Program-made: the position numbers and the translations under genes
Assembly: GCA_965249275.1 (NCBI GenBank)
Contig: CBDFLQ010000006.1
Location: 640,434-704,433 of the forward strand
Origin: Dehalococcoidia bacterium
GTDB lineage: Bacteria > Chloroflexota > Dehalococcoidia > Plut-88900
Length of the DNA stretch: 64,000 nt
Direction: 5' to 3'
The notes under the pieces: generated by a model
Told to the model about the DNA's origin: nothing
Database searches by the model: none
Seen by the model: the letters and a program-made list of their open reading frames with translations, nothing else
Shown here: positions 56,291 to 64,000 of the stretch, piece by piece
Layout: each line of letters opens with the position of its first letter
How positions within the stretch are numbered: position 1 is the stretch's first letter

Positions 56291-57520
56291 TTGAACCAAA
56301 ACGCTCCACCCACCGGGCGGCGCTTGCTCGTGATCGGCTCCCTGACCTCGGGCCACGCCATCAGCTTCTCCACGATAATCACCATTGGGCTGCTGCTACC
56401 CTATATTGCCTCAGACCTGGACCTGTCTCCCTTGGAACAGGGTGTGCTGGGCGCCTCGGCAACCCTGGCGGTTCTCTTCCTGAACATACCAACGGCCTGG
56501 ATTGCATCCCGATACCGGCCCTGGAGAGTCGCTAGCCTGGGGTTGATGATCGTGGCCGGGTTCACGTTGTTGCAAGGCTGGGCCCCGGGCTTCGTTCTCC
56601 TCCTCTTGGGAAGGTTCGGCATGTCCATTGCCTTTGCCCAAACTGAGGCCGCTACCGCCTTGTTGGTGCAGCAATGGTCGACCCGCAGGCAGGTTGCCCC
56701 GACTAACGGCATGATGATCTCCGGCGGAGACATAGTAATCGGCATCGCATTGCTGATGACGCCTTATCTCATCGATTGGCTGGGCGGATGGCGAAACGTC
56801 ATGTACATGTGGGCGGGCCTTAGCTTTCTCGCCGCGGCCTCCTGGATGGTGCTGGGAGGAGAACGGCAGACCCCCGATTACGTCGAGCGGTTCCGTTCTC
56901 AACAGGGAAACCCTCTTGCCAGCATTGTCAAATACAAGGAGCTTTGGATCTTGGGCGTGGGTATGGCGGGTGGGTTGGCCATGGAGAGCGCTTACACCAT
57001 ATTCTGGCCGACCTTCGCACAGCAGGAAATGTCGGTCGACCCAAAGATTGTCGGGCTTGGGATGGGCTTGTACATGTTCGCCGCCGCTCCCGCCGAGCTG
57101 CTTGTCGTGTCCCTGCGCTTTCTTCAGAACAGGCAACTGACAGTGATGGCGGTGACCGGGGTGGTGACGATGGGCACACACATGGCCTTACTCTTCACCG
57201 GGTCGGAGGTACTGATAGTCCTCATCAACATATTCCGTGGGTTTTCCATCTGCTACTTCCCGGTAATCGTCACTATGGTCTACCAGTTGCCCGGCATCCG
57301 GCCCCGAGAAGTGGCCATAGGACTGGCTTTCATCTACACCGTGATGAACGCGGGCTCAGCCATAGGGCCCCTGATCGTCGGCGGTATCGTGCAGGTAACT
57401 GGCGATCTGCAGATGGCCCTCTTCGTCACAACGCTGCTCCCCTTGTCTCTCGTAATGTCAGCCTTGCTGCTGAAACCGAGGATCGGCCGCCACTTAAGCG
57501 AGGAATCCGCGTTGACGTAG
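56291..57520 (+). CDS. MFS transporter
   Basis: 409 aa with about 12 predicted TM spans. The ORF begins at TTG and the true start is uncertain. Confidence 0.7.
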   Translation: MNQNAPPTGRRLLVIGSLTSGHAISFSTIITIGLLLPYIASDLDLSPLEQGVLGASATLAVLFLNIPTAWIASRYRPWRVASLGLMIVAGFTLLQGWAPGFVLLLLGRFGMSIAFAQTEAATALLVQQWSTRRQVAPTNGMMISGGDIVIGIALLMTPYLIDWLGGWRNVMYMWAGLSFLAAASWMVLGGERQTPDYVERFRSQQGNPLASIVKYKELWILGVGMAGGLAMESAYTIFWPTFAQQEMSVDPKIVGLGMGLYMFAAAPAELLVVSLRFLQNRQLTVMAVTGVVTMGTHMALLFTGSEVLIVLINIFRGFSICYFPVIVTMVYQLPGIRPREVAIGLAFIYTVMNAGSAIGPLIVGGIVQVTGDLQMALFVTTLLPLSLVMSALLLKPRIGRHLSEESALT

Positions 57521-57599
57521 GTGAGCCGGGGCAATTCCGCTCCCGTGCGTGGTATAGTCACCCCTCTGACCCACCCATTTTCGCTTTCGGAGGCGCGCC

Positions 57600-57998
57600 A
57601 TGAATGATATCGACAAAGTGCTGGAAACGTGCAAGACCGTCGCCGTGGTGGGCCTCTCCCCCCGCCCCGAACGGGATAGCAACGGCGTAGCGGCATACAT
57701 TCAGGAGCATGGGTACAGGATAATACCTGTGAATCCCGCTACCCAGGAGATTCTCGGAGAGAAATGCTACCCTGACCTCGCCTCCATCCCGGAACCCGTG
57801 GACGTGGTCGACATCTTCCGCCGCTCCGAAGAGGTGCCAACCATCGTCGCCGATGCCATCAAGATCGGGGCCCGGGCCGTATGGATGCAGAAGGGCGTGA
57901 TCAGCGAAGAAGGCGCCTCGGCAGCGCGGGCCGCAGGCCTCACGGTAGTCATGAACGAATGCATTGAATGCGAAGTGCGGGCTCGGGCGGGGGGATGA
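57600..57998 (+). CDS. CoA-binding domain protein (YccU/YneT-like, CoA_binding_2)
   Basis: 132 aa. KTVAVVGLSPRPERDSNGVAAYIQEHGYRIIPVNP and the following …VDVVDIFRRSE… region are typical. Confidence 0.65.
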   Translation: MNDIDKVLETCKTVAVVGLSPRPERDSNGVAAYIQEHGYRIIPVNPATQEILGEKCYPDLASIPEPVDVVDIFRRSEEVPTIVADAIKIGARAVWMQKGVISEEGASAARAAGLTVVMNECIECEVRARAGG

Positions 57999-58027
57999 AT
58001 TGTCGGCAGGTAGGCTTTGCTATAATC

Positions 58028-58036
58028 CTGACTGGG
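58028..58036 (+). promoter_or_regulatory. Extended -10 promoter TGcTATAAT, 42 nt upstream of the 58078 gene
   Basis: Sequence ggctttgctataatcctg. Confidence 0.4.
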
Positions 58037-58077
58037 AATTGGTGCCGGGTGCCTCTGATTAAGGTAGCGAGGTAATT

Positions 58078-58650
58078 ATGCCAAAAGTAATGTTTGACAA
58101 CACTGAGTTTGACAGCTTCCACGAAGCGGTATGTGCCGCTCTATTCGAAAGGTATGGATGGAAATGGGAAAAACCCAGGAAAGCATTGGCGGGATGGTTC
58201 CCTGATTTTCTTCTAAAGGGCGATTCTACCGTATACGTTGAATGTAAAGGGAGTGTTCAATGGGACGAGATTCAATCGCTACCATTGCAAAAATACGAAG
58301 ACGCAATAGGCGGACAACCGTGTGAAGTTCTTCTGATTCTTCAGTCCCCACGGAGGGAGAAGAACACAAGGGGTTTTGTGAATAGCTTCCTTGGGTATCT
58401 ATACGATGGGGATACTTGGTCGTATGCCGCCCTTGGTAGGTGGTCAGGAAGCGTAGGATTTTGCCACAATGCTAACGGTTGGAAAGACCGCATGTCTGGG
58501 CAAAATATCCATGGCTCAATAGGAGATGGGCAAAGACCTGACGTCGATCGGGACTGGCGTGCTGCAACCCATCTAGTGAACGGCAAACGGGTTTCTTTCT
58601 TCAAGCGGGACGTTGATTCAGACATAGAGGAGTGGGAACTCCCCTCTTAG
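58078..58650 (+). CDS. Small orphan protein with a PD-(D/E)XK-like motif set, in a low-GC islet
   Basis: 190 aa. HEAVCAALFERYGW … FPDFLL … VYVECKG gives E…PD…ExK in canonical order and spacing. GC is about 45-48%. Confidence 0.4.
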   Translation: MPKVMFDNTEFDSFHEAVCAALFERYGWKWEKPRKALAGWFPDFLLKGDSTVYVECKGSVQWDEIQSLPLQKYEDAIGGQPCEVLLILQSPRREKNTRGFVNSFLGYLYDGDTWSYAALGRWSGSVGFCHNANGWKDRMSGQNIHGSIGDGQRPDVDRDWRAATHLVNGKRVSFFKRDVDSDIEEWELPS

Positions 58651-58668
58651 TCATCTAATTCGTTTCTA

Positions 58669-58872
58669 TCACTTCGGCAGCCCTCGCTCATCGTACAAAA
58701 AGTCCCCGTGTTCAACAGCCGACGGACCATCGCACAACTGTGCGGCGCAGCGTTGCCCTATCTCGTGTAACTCCTGGATTCGGGCTTCAACGATTCTCTG
58801 ACGCTCCATACTCTCCTTGTGTCCAACCTCACAAGGGGTCTCTTCATTATTCGCTTCAAAACTCACGGGCAT
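58669..58872 (-). CDS. Hypothetical small ORF (67 aa from the ATG at 58872), convergent with the 58078 gene
   Basis: ORF only, in the same low-GC islet. Carries three Cys residues. Confidence 0.2.
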   Translation of the reverse strand: MPVSFEANNEETPCEVGHKESMERQRIVEARIQELHEIGQRCAAQLCDGPSAVEHGDFLYDERGLPK

Positions 58873-59041
58873 TTCTCCAAAGTCCAAGCTTTCTAGGCAA
58901 GTCTACTAGATTCTCCAGATTCCCGTTGGACACTATTCGAGTATTTTATGGGCGTTAACCCCACCCCCCAATTGACACCACCACCCCGCTAAAGGTATGT
59001 TTTGTGCCGTTTCCGGCCCGTGCCCCGGGGACGACCTAGCC

Positions 59042-60703
59042 ATGCCTCAAGTAGACGTCATATTCCACAACGGCCCGATTTTAACCGTCGACGCACAGGA
59101 CACGGTCTCCGGGGCCGCGGCGGTGATTGGCAACAAGATCTCCGCCGTAGGTCATGCGGAAGAAGTGCTGGCGTCCAAGGGTGATGGTACCCTCGTCGTA
59201 GACTTGGCCGGGCGAGCCCTCGTCCCCGGCTTCAACGACGCCCACACCCACCTGGAACTCACGAGCCTGGGCCTCGGGCTCGCCGTCAGTTGCCACACCC
59301 CACCCCACGAGAGTATTAAGGACATCCTCACCACCCTGAGTGAGCACGCCGCGGGTGTGCCCAAAGGCGACTGGATCATCGCCCAGGGCAGCCTCTTTCA
59401 GGACATGCGCCTCCGGGAAAAGCGCTACCCCGACCGGCACGATCTGGACCGCGTCAGCGTCGATCATCCCATCCTGTTCAAGACCAGCTACCACATGGTG
59501 ATAGTCAACAGTAAGGTGTTGGAGATCGCAGGTATAACCTCGGATACCCCCGACCCCCAGGGCGGCATCATCGAAAGAGACTCCTCCGGCGAGCCCACGG
59601 GCCGCATGAAGGACATGTATCACCGGCTCCCAGTCCCTATGCCCGACTACGAAACGGTCAAGGACGCCATCCGACGCACCGTCCACGACCGTTTCCTGGC
59701 CAACGGCGTCACCACCGTCCAGGAGATGTCCGAGACCGTGTCGGGCCTCGGGGCCATGCGGGAGCTCATAGACTCCGGCGAGATGCCCCTCAGACTGAGC
59801 GTCTATATCCACGTGCCCGGCACCCTGCCTCTGGACAACGTGCTGAATAACGAGATCGGAGACTTCGAATTCGACGACGCGTGGCTCAGGCTCGGCGGGG
59901 TCAAGTTGTTCATTGACGGCGGGTTTTCCGCAAGGGCCGCCGCCCTCCGGGACCCCTACGAAGGCTACCCCGACATCACCGGCAAGCTCGGATACGAGGA
60001 CCGGGAGCTCAGGAGGATCGTGCGCAAGGTGCACCGGGCCGGACTCCAGCTGCGCATGCATACCAACGGCGACCGAGCCATCAAGCAGCTCATTGATGCC
60101 TTCGAGACGGTGTTCGGAATTCCGGCGGGTGTCGGAGAGGACTGGCCCTACCGACACCGCGCCGAGCACGTAGGCAACGTTCTCCTACGCGACGACCTGA
60201 CCATCTCGCGGCTGGCAAGCGCCAAGATTCTGCCGGTACCCAACCCTGCATTCATCTACAGCGTCGCCGAGTTTGTTGCCCCATATCTCGGCCCGGAGCG
60301 GAGCCATCCATCCTTCCGATTCAGGACCCTTTTGGACGCCGGGTTCCGAGTTCCGGGCAGCTCGGACTGCACGGGCACCGACCCGTGGCTCGTCAACCCC
60401 ATGTTCGGCATCTGGTGCATGGTCAACCGTCGCACCTACTCCGGAGACCTGTTGGAACCCGAGGAAAAGGTCTCCGTCGCCGAGGCCATACGCATTTACA
60501 CCTACAATTCCGCCTACGCCGAATTCCAGGAAGAGGTCAAAGGGTCCATCGAGGAAGGGAAGCTGGCCGACCTCGTGGTGCTTGACCGTGACCCGATCAC
60601 CGCGCCGGAAGAGACGTTGAAGGACATACGCGTCGACCAAACATGGGTAGACGGCAAGCTAGTTTTCAGTAGAGACCCGAATGAGGAGAGCAGCAATGGG
60701 TGA
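59042..60703 (+). CDS. Amidohydrolase-3 (PF07969) family metal-dependent hydrolase
   Basis: About 553 aa. The N-terminal HxH (FNDAHTHLE) and an Amidohydro_3 C-terminus are present. An upstream in-frame ATG at 58997 is an alternative start. Confidence 0.7.
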   Translation: MPQVDVIFHNGPILTVDAQDTVSGAAAVIGNKISAVGHAEEVLASKGDGTLVVDLAGRALVPGFNDAHTHLELTSLGLGLAVSCHTPPHESIKDILTTLSEHAAGVPKGDWIIAQGSLFQDMRLREKRYPDRHDLDRVSVDHPILFKTSYHMVIVNSKVLEIAGITSDTPDPQGGIIERDSSGEPTGRMKDMYHRLPVPMPDYETVKDAIRRTVHDRFLANGVTTVQEMSETVSGLGAMRELIDSGEMPLRLSVYIHVPGTLPLDNVLNNEIGDFEFDDAWLRLGGVKLFIDGGFSARAAALRDPYEGYPDITGKLGYEDRELRRIVRKVHRAGLQLRMHTNGDRAIKQLIDAFETVFGIPAGVGEDWPYRHRAEHVGNVLLRDDLTISRLASAKILPVPNPAFIYSVAEFVAPYLGPERSHPSFRFRTLLDAGFRVPGSSDCTGTDPWLVNPMFGIWCMVNRRTYSGDLLEPEEKVSVAEAIRIYTYNSAYAEFQEEVKGSIEEGKLADLVVLDRDPITAPEETLKDIRVDQTWVDGKLVFSRDPNEESSNG

Positions 60704-61118
60704 TCAAGAGGAACGAGGCCCCAACCACATCAAGAACTATGCGCTCGGACCCATGCAGCCCTACGGCAACTATCCCCAATCTCTACTGGACACGTTCAGA
60801 GTTAAATCGCTCCTGAGCCCCGGCGCTCACCTAAAGACAGAGGACGCCCACGCCGGCCTGCTCGAAATAGCCCCGGGCACCGACTACGCGGCTCACACTC
60901 ACGCTTGGCCCGAGGCCTACTTTATCATCAAAGGGACCGCGGATTGCGTCTGGGGCGAGGACTCGTTCACCGCAGGCCCCGGCACCATGATTTACGGCGG
61001 GCCCTTTACATCCCACGCCATGGTCATCACCAGTGAAGAACCTCTCCTGACCCTCATTTTCAGCTGGGCCCCGGGCGGCGACAGAAGTGTCTTCGATGAA
61101 GATGGAAAACTAATCTAA
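60696..61118 (+). CDS. Cupin-domain protein
   Basis: About 140 aa. HTHAWPEAYFIIKGTADCVWGE is a cupin motif 1. An ATGGGTGA overlap couples it to the upstream amidohydrolase. Confidence 0.6.
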   Translation: MGDQEERGPNHIKNYALGPMQPYGNYPQSLLDTFRVKSLLSPGAHLKTEDAHAGLLEIAPGTDYAAHTHAWPEAYFIIKGTADCVWGEDSFTAGPGTMIYGGPFTSHAMVITSEEPLLTLIFSWAPGGDRSVFDEDGKLI

Positions 61119-61142
61119 CCAACCTGGAAAAGTAATCGACAA

Positions 61143-62162
61143 ATGAAATTCAGCTACTACCTGCCCTGCTACTACACGGACAAGTCCAAACCCGCTTCCG
61201 AGCTCTACTCCGAGGCCGAATACCAGGCCCAATACGCCGAAGAACTCGGTTACGACGCCATCGTCATACCCGAGCACTATTTCATGAACTACCTGGCCTG
61301 CCCGAACTTGCTTATGTTCGCGGTCAGGATCTCGCAGCTGGTGAAGCTGCGGATCATGTCGGCGGTCATACCCATCCCCTTGTACCATCCGCTTAGGCTT
61401 GCCCAGGACATCGCCTTCGCCGACGTGCTGTCGGGAGGCAGGCTGGAGATCGGTCTGGGACGCGGGGCCTTCGTCCACGAGTTTGAGCGGCTGCAGATAC
61501 CCCGTGACCAGAACCGGGCAATGTTCAACGAATGCCTCGAAATCATGATCAAGGCCTGGACCTCGGAGAATGACTTCTCATACGAGGGAGACTTCTGGCA
61601 ATTCCCGGAGACTACCGTCCTCCCCCGACCCCTCCAGCAGCCCCACCCCCCGATCTGGATGTCGGGCCAGTCCGACCTCTCGGTCCAGTACGCCGTGTCC
61701 CACGGTTACAAGCTGATGAATACCCCATTGCGGAGCGGGTTCGAGGCACTGGAGGAAACCTACGAGGTCTACTCAGATGCGCTCGAAGAGCGGGGCAGAA
61801 CGGAAGAGGAGTGCCCACTCCTGATTCTTCGTAACGCCTTCGTCTCCGAGGACAAGGATGTCCTCGAACGGCAGGCTCAGAACCTGCACCTTAACCACCA
61901 GCAATTCGTGACCGTGTACACAGGCCCGAGCGTCGTAAAGGAAGGCATGATTGAGCCGCAGAACGTCCCCTACGAGCCGTGGGAGGTGTTTGACAACGTC
62001 ATAAGCGGCACTCCCGACGAGGCGATTCAGAAGGTCGAGCAGTACCGAGACCTGGGGATCAAGTATCTCTGCGTGAACATGGGCTTTGGCGGCAGCCACG
62101 AGGAAGTGATGGAATCCATGCGCCTCTTCTCAGAACAGGTGATGCCCCACTTCCCGGACTAA
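61143..62162 (+). CDS. LLM-class flavin-dependent oxidoreductase
   Basis: 339 aa. DAIVIPEHYFMNYLACPNLLMF…GRLEIGLGRGAFVHE is LLM-like. Confidence 0.75.
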   Translation: MKFSYYLPCYYTDKSKPASELYSEAEYQAQYAEELGYDAIVIPEHYFMNYLACPNLLMFAVRISQLVKLRIMSAVIPIPLYHPLRLAQDIAFADVLSGGRLEIGLGRGAFVHEFERLQIPRDQNRAMFNECLEIMIKAWTSENDFSYEGDFWQFPETTVLPRPLQQPHPPIWMSGQSDLSVQYAVSHGYKLMNTPLRSGFEALEETYEVYSDALEERGRTEEECPLLILRNAFVSEDKDVLERQAQNLHLNHQQFVTVYTGPSVVKEGMIEPQNVPYEPWEVFDNVISGTPDEAIQKVEQYRDLGIKYLCVNMGFGGSHEEVMESMRLFSEQVMPHFPD

Positions 62163-62540
62163 GCTCTGTTAACTCCCAGACCCAACCGCCTAAGGGCACA
62201 ATCCCATTATTTCGCATACGCCCTGTTCGATCCACAAAGCAAAATGCTTGGGTCGAGCTGAACGACCGGCGCAAGAGGCCCGACGCTCTCCTCGGTAACT
62301 CCGTAGGCGATGGGGAAGGTGAGTTCCTCTTCTTCAGCCATCCGAGCCGCCGTCTCACGGTCCTCTATCGTCGCCCCGATTACTCATATTCCCAGCTGGT
62401 CCAACTCCTCGCGGCTTCTCTCGTAGGAGGCTAACTACATCCTGCTTTAGGTTCACCTCTCGCCCATATAGAACAGCAGGGCAATCTAAACTCCAAATCA
62501 AGGCCCCAGAACCGGAATGAAATCCCAATATCAACACAAC

Positions 62541-62567
62541 TTGGTAATGAGGCTGGTCGTGTATAAT
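62541..62567 (+). promoter_or_regulatory. Candidate sigma70-type promoter (TTGGTA-N15-TATAAT) upstream of the grdB-like gene
   Basis: Sequence cttggtaatgaggctggtcgtgtataatgcc. A GAGGGA ribosome-binding site lies about 9 nt upstream of the ATG at 62609. Confidence 0.35.
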
Positions 62568-62608
62568 GCCAACCGGAAGCCGAGCCCCGGAATGGGTGTA
62601 TTTCAAGC

Positions 62609-63937
62609 GTGACGAGGGAGCAGGCCATGACAAATTTGAAGGTAGTCCACTATCTGAACCAGTTCTTCGCCGGTGTGGGTGGTGAAGAGAAGGCCGACGT
62701 TGGCCCCGGAGCCCGGGAAGGCGCAGTCGGACCCGGCATGGCGCTGAACCAGGCCCTTGGAGACGCCGGTGAGGTCATCGGCACCGTCTACTGCGGCGAC
62801 AACCACATCTCCGAAAACCCCGAAACGGCGACCCAGGAGGTCGTCGAGCTTATATCTCAGTTCAAACCCGATATCGTGATTGCCGGGCCGGGATTCGGCT
62901 CCGGACGGTACGGATTGGCCTGTGGTCAGGTATGCCTGGCAGTTAAAGAGAATCTCAAAATCCCTGCCCTTACCGGCGTCCACAAGGAGAGCCCCGCTGC
63001 CGAGACCTACAAGGGTAAAGTCCTGATGGCCTCCACCAAGGACTCGGCTGCCGGTATGGTCGAGGCAATGACTGTAATCGCACGGCTCGCCTCCAAGCTG
63101 GCCGACAAAGAAGAGTTGGGTCCGGCCATGGAAGAAGGCTACCTACCCACCGGACGACGCGTTAACCGATTCTCCGACAAGACTGCTGCGGAGCGGGCGG
63201 TGGACATGTTGATGCGCAAGCTCCGTGGCGAAGACCCGAAGACCGAATGGCCCCTCCCCAAGTACGAGCAAGTTGCTCCCGCTGCGGCCCTCGCCAGTGC
63301 CGGGAACGCCACCATAGCCATCGTCACAGAGGGCGGAATCGTACACCGTGGAAACCCAGAGAAGCTGGAATCGGGCTGGGCCACCAAGTGGGTCAAGTTC
63401 GACACGGCGGAAGAGCCGGAGATGACCCCCGACAAGTTCCAGAGTATCCACGGCGGTTTCGACACCACCACCGCCAGCGCCGAGCCCAACCGCATGGTTC
63501 CACTGGATGCCGCCCGCGAGATGGAGTCCGAGGGGACAATCGGCAAGCTGCACGACTACGTCTACAGCACCACGGGCAACATGGGGCCAATTGCCAGCTT
63601 TAAGCAGTTCGGGGAGGAGATAGCCGCCGAGCTAACCTCGGCGGGCGTCCAGGGAGTGATTCTAACCGCAACCTGAGGCACCGGAACGCGTAGCGGCGCT
63701 ACGCTTCAGAAAGAGCTTGAGAGGGCTGGCCTCCCGACCGCTCTCGTAACCACCCTGTTCAATCTCGCAGAGGGAGTCGGGGCCAGCCGTATCGTCAAAG
63801 GCAAGGCTATCCCACACCCTCTCGGAGACCCGAGCCAGACCTACGAGGGCGAAAAGCAACTGCGTAAGGAGATGCTGAAGAAGGCCCTGGAGGCCCTGGA
63901 GACCGAGGTCGCATCCCCCACGGTTTTCACTACCTAG
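62609..63937 (+). CDS. Glycine/sarcosine/betaine/D-proline reductase selenoprotein B family (GrdB/GrdF/GrdH-like). The in-frame TGA at 63674-63676 is read as selenocysteine (residue 356 of 442).
   Basis: The N-terminus KVVHYLNQFFAGVGGEEKADVGPGAREGAVGPGMA matches the GrdB-family start as recalled. Translation continues in frame after the TGA for 86 codons of clearly protein-like sequence (UGTGTRSGATLQKELERAGLPTALVTT…IPHPLGDP…) to the TAG at 63935-63937. A hairpin begins 11 nt after the TGA. Confidence 0.6.
63688..63704 (+). promoter_or_regulatory. Candidate bacterial SECIS hairpin (gcgtagc-GGC-gctacgc) beginning 11 nt downstream of the UGA
   Basis: 7-bp perfect stem with a 3-nt G-containing apical loop at the position expected for a bSECIS. 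Confidence 0.4.
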
Positions 63938-64000
63938 CAACTACATCTGTATGACTACCCAATCCCCCGCATTCACAAGCAACGGCCAGGACTCACCACC

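Noticed and set aside
59081-60169. 362-aa minus-strand ORF inside the Amidohydro_3 gene
   Set aside because: It is antisense to a confidently called hydrolase and is Gly/Val/Asp-rich shadow translation.
62059-62633. Minus-strand ORFs (99 aa and 92 aa) and a hand-found 47-aa ORF (MAEEEELTFPIAYGVTEESVGPLAPVV…) in the 446-bp gap upstream of the grdB-like gene
   Set aside because: They have no ribosome-binding site or domain signal, and they overlap the predicted grdB promoter. The composition is consistent with non-coding leader. The 47-aa ORF could be a gene fragment, but nothing supports it.
63674-63760. Suspected frameshift in the grdB-like gene after the TGA
   Set aside because: An initial misreading of the line break at 63720/63721 suggested a +1 shift. 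Re-reading (…aagagcttga|gagggctggc…) shows the Sec-containing frame runs uninterrupted to the TAG at 63935, so no frameshift is needed.
63951-64000. Possible start of a further plus-strand gene (ATGACTACCCAATCCCCCGCATTC…) at the window edge
   Set aside because: Only 16 codons are visible, which is too little to call. It would be of interest if it were grdA or a thioredoxin, but that cannot be judged here.
1-64000. CRISPR arrays, rRNA, tRNA, integrases or transposases
   Set aside because: No regularly spaced direct repeats, no rRNA or tRNA hallmarks, and no integrase or transposase-like ORFs were seen. The mobile-looking content is limited to small low-GC islets and REP-like repeats.

Overview
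This is a high-GC (about 60-65%) prokaryotic chromosomal segment with dense coding and no rRNA, tRNA or CRISPR detectable by eye. Gene content is dominated by catabolic paralog families: luciferase-like (LLM) flavin/F420 oxidoreductases (5 copies), Amidohydro_2/3 hydrolases (5), family III CoA-transferases (3), SDRs (5), polysaccharide deacetylases (3 in tandem), NIPSNAP (2 in tandem), M19 dipeptidases (2), an M24 creatinase/prolidase-like peptidase, and acyl-/acetyl-CoA synthetases. That repertoire resembles marine Chloroflexota (SAR202-like) genomes; this is an inference, not a database result. Housekeeping islands include mtnP-mtnA, prfA-prmC, rmuC and an fpg/nei-family glycosylase. Key observations, in window order: (1) a three-gene envelope operon with a small zinc-ribbon ORF upstream, possibly metal handling; (2) a dispersed REP/MITE-like repeat family plus an unusually long 1.3 kb structured non-coding region; (3) a partially duplicated vapB-vapB-vapC toxin-antitoxin locus with a vestigial vapC start; (4) several small low-GC islets carrying a retropepsin-like protease pair, an HTH-DUF433/DUF5615 pair and two orphan PD-(D/E)XK-fold genes; (5) two tandem GrdE-like proprotein paralogs next to an orphan xanthine-dehydrogenase-family Mo subunit; (6) at the 3' end, a GrdB-family (glycine/sarcosine/betaine reductase protein B) selenoprotein gene that reads through an in-frame TGA followed by a SECIS-like hairpin. 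Items (5) and (6) together suggest a non-canonical, dispersed Grd-like reductase system.
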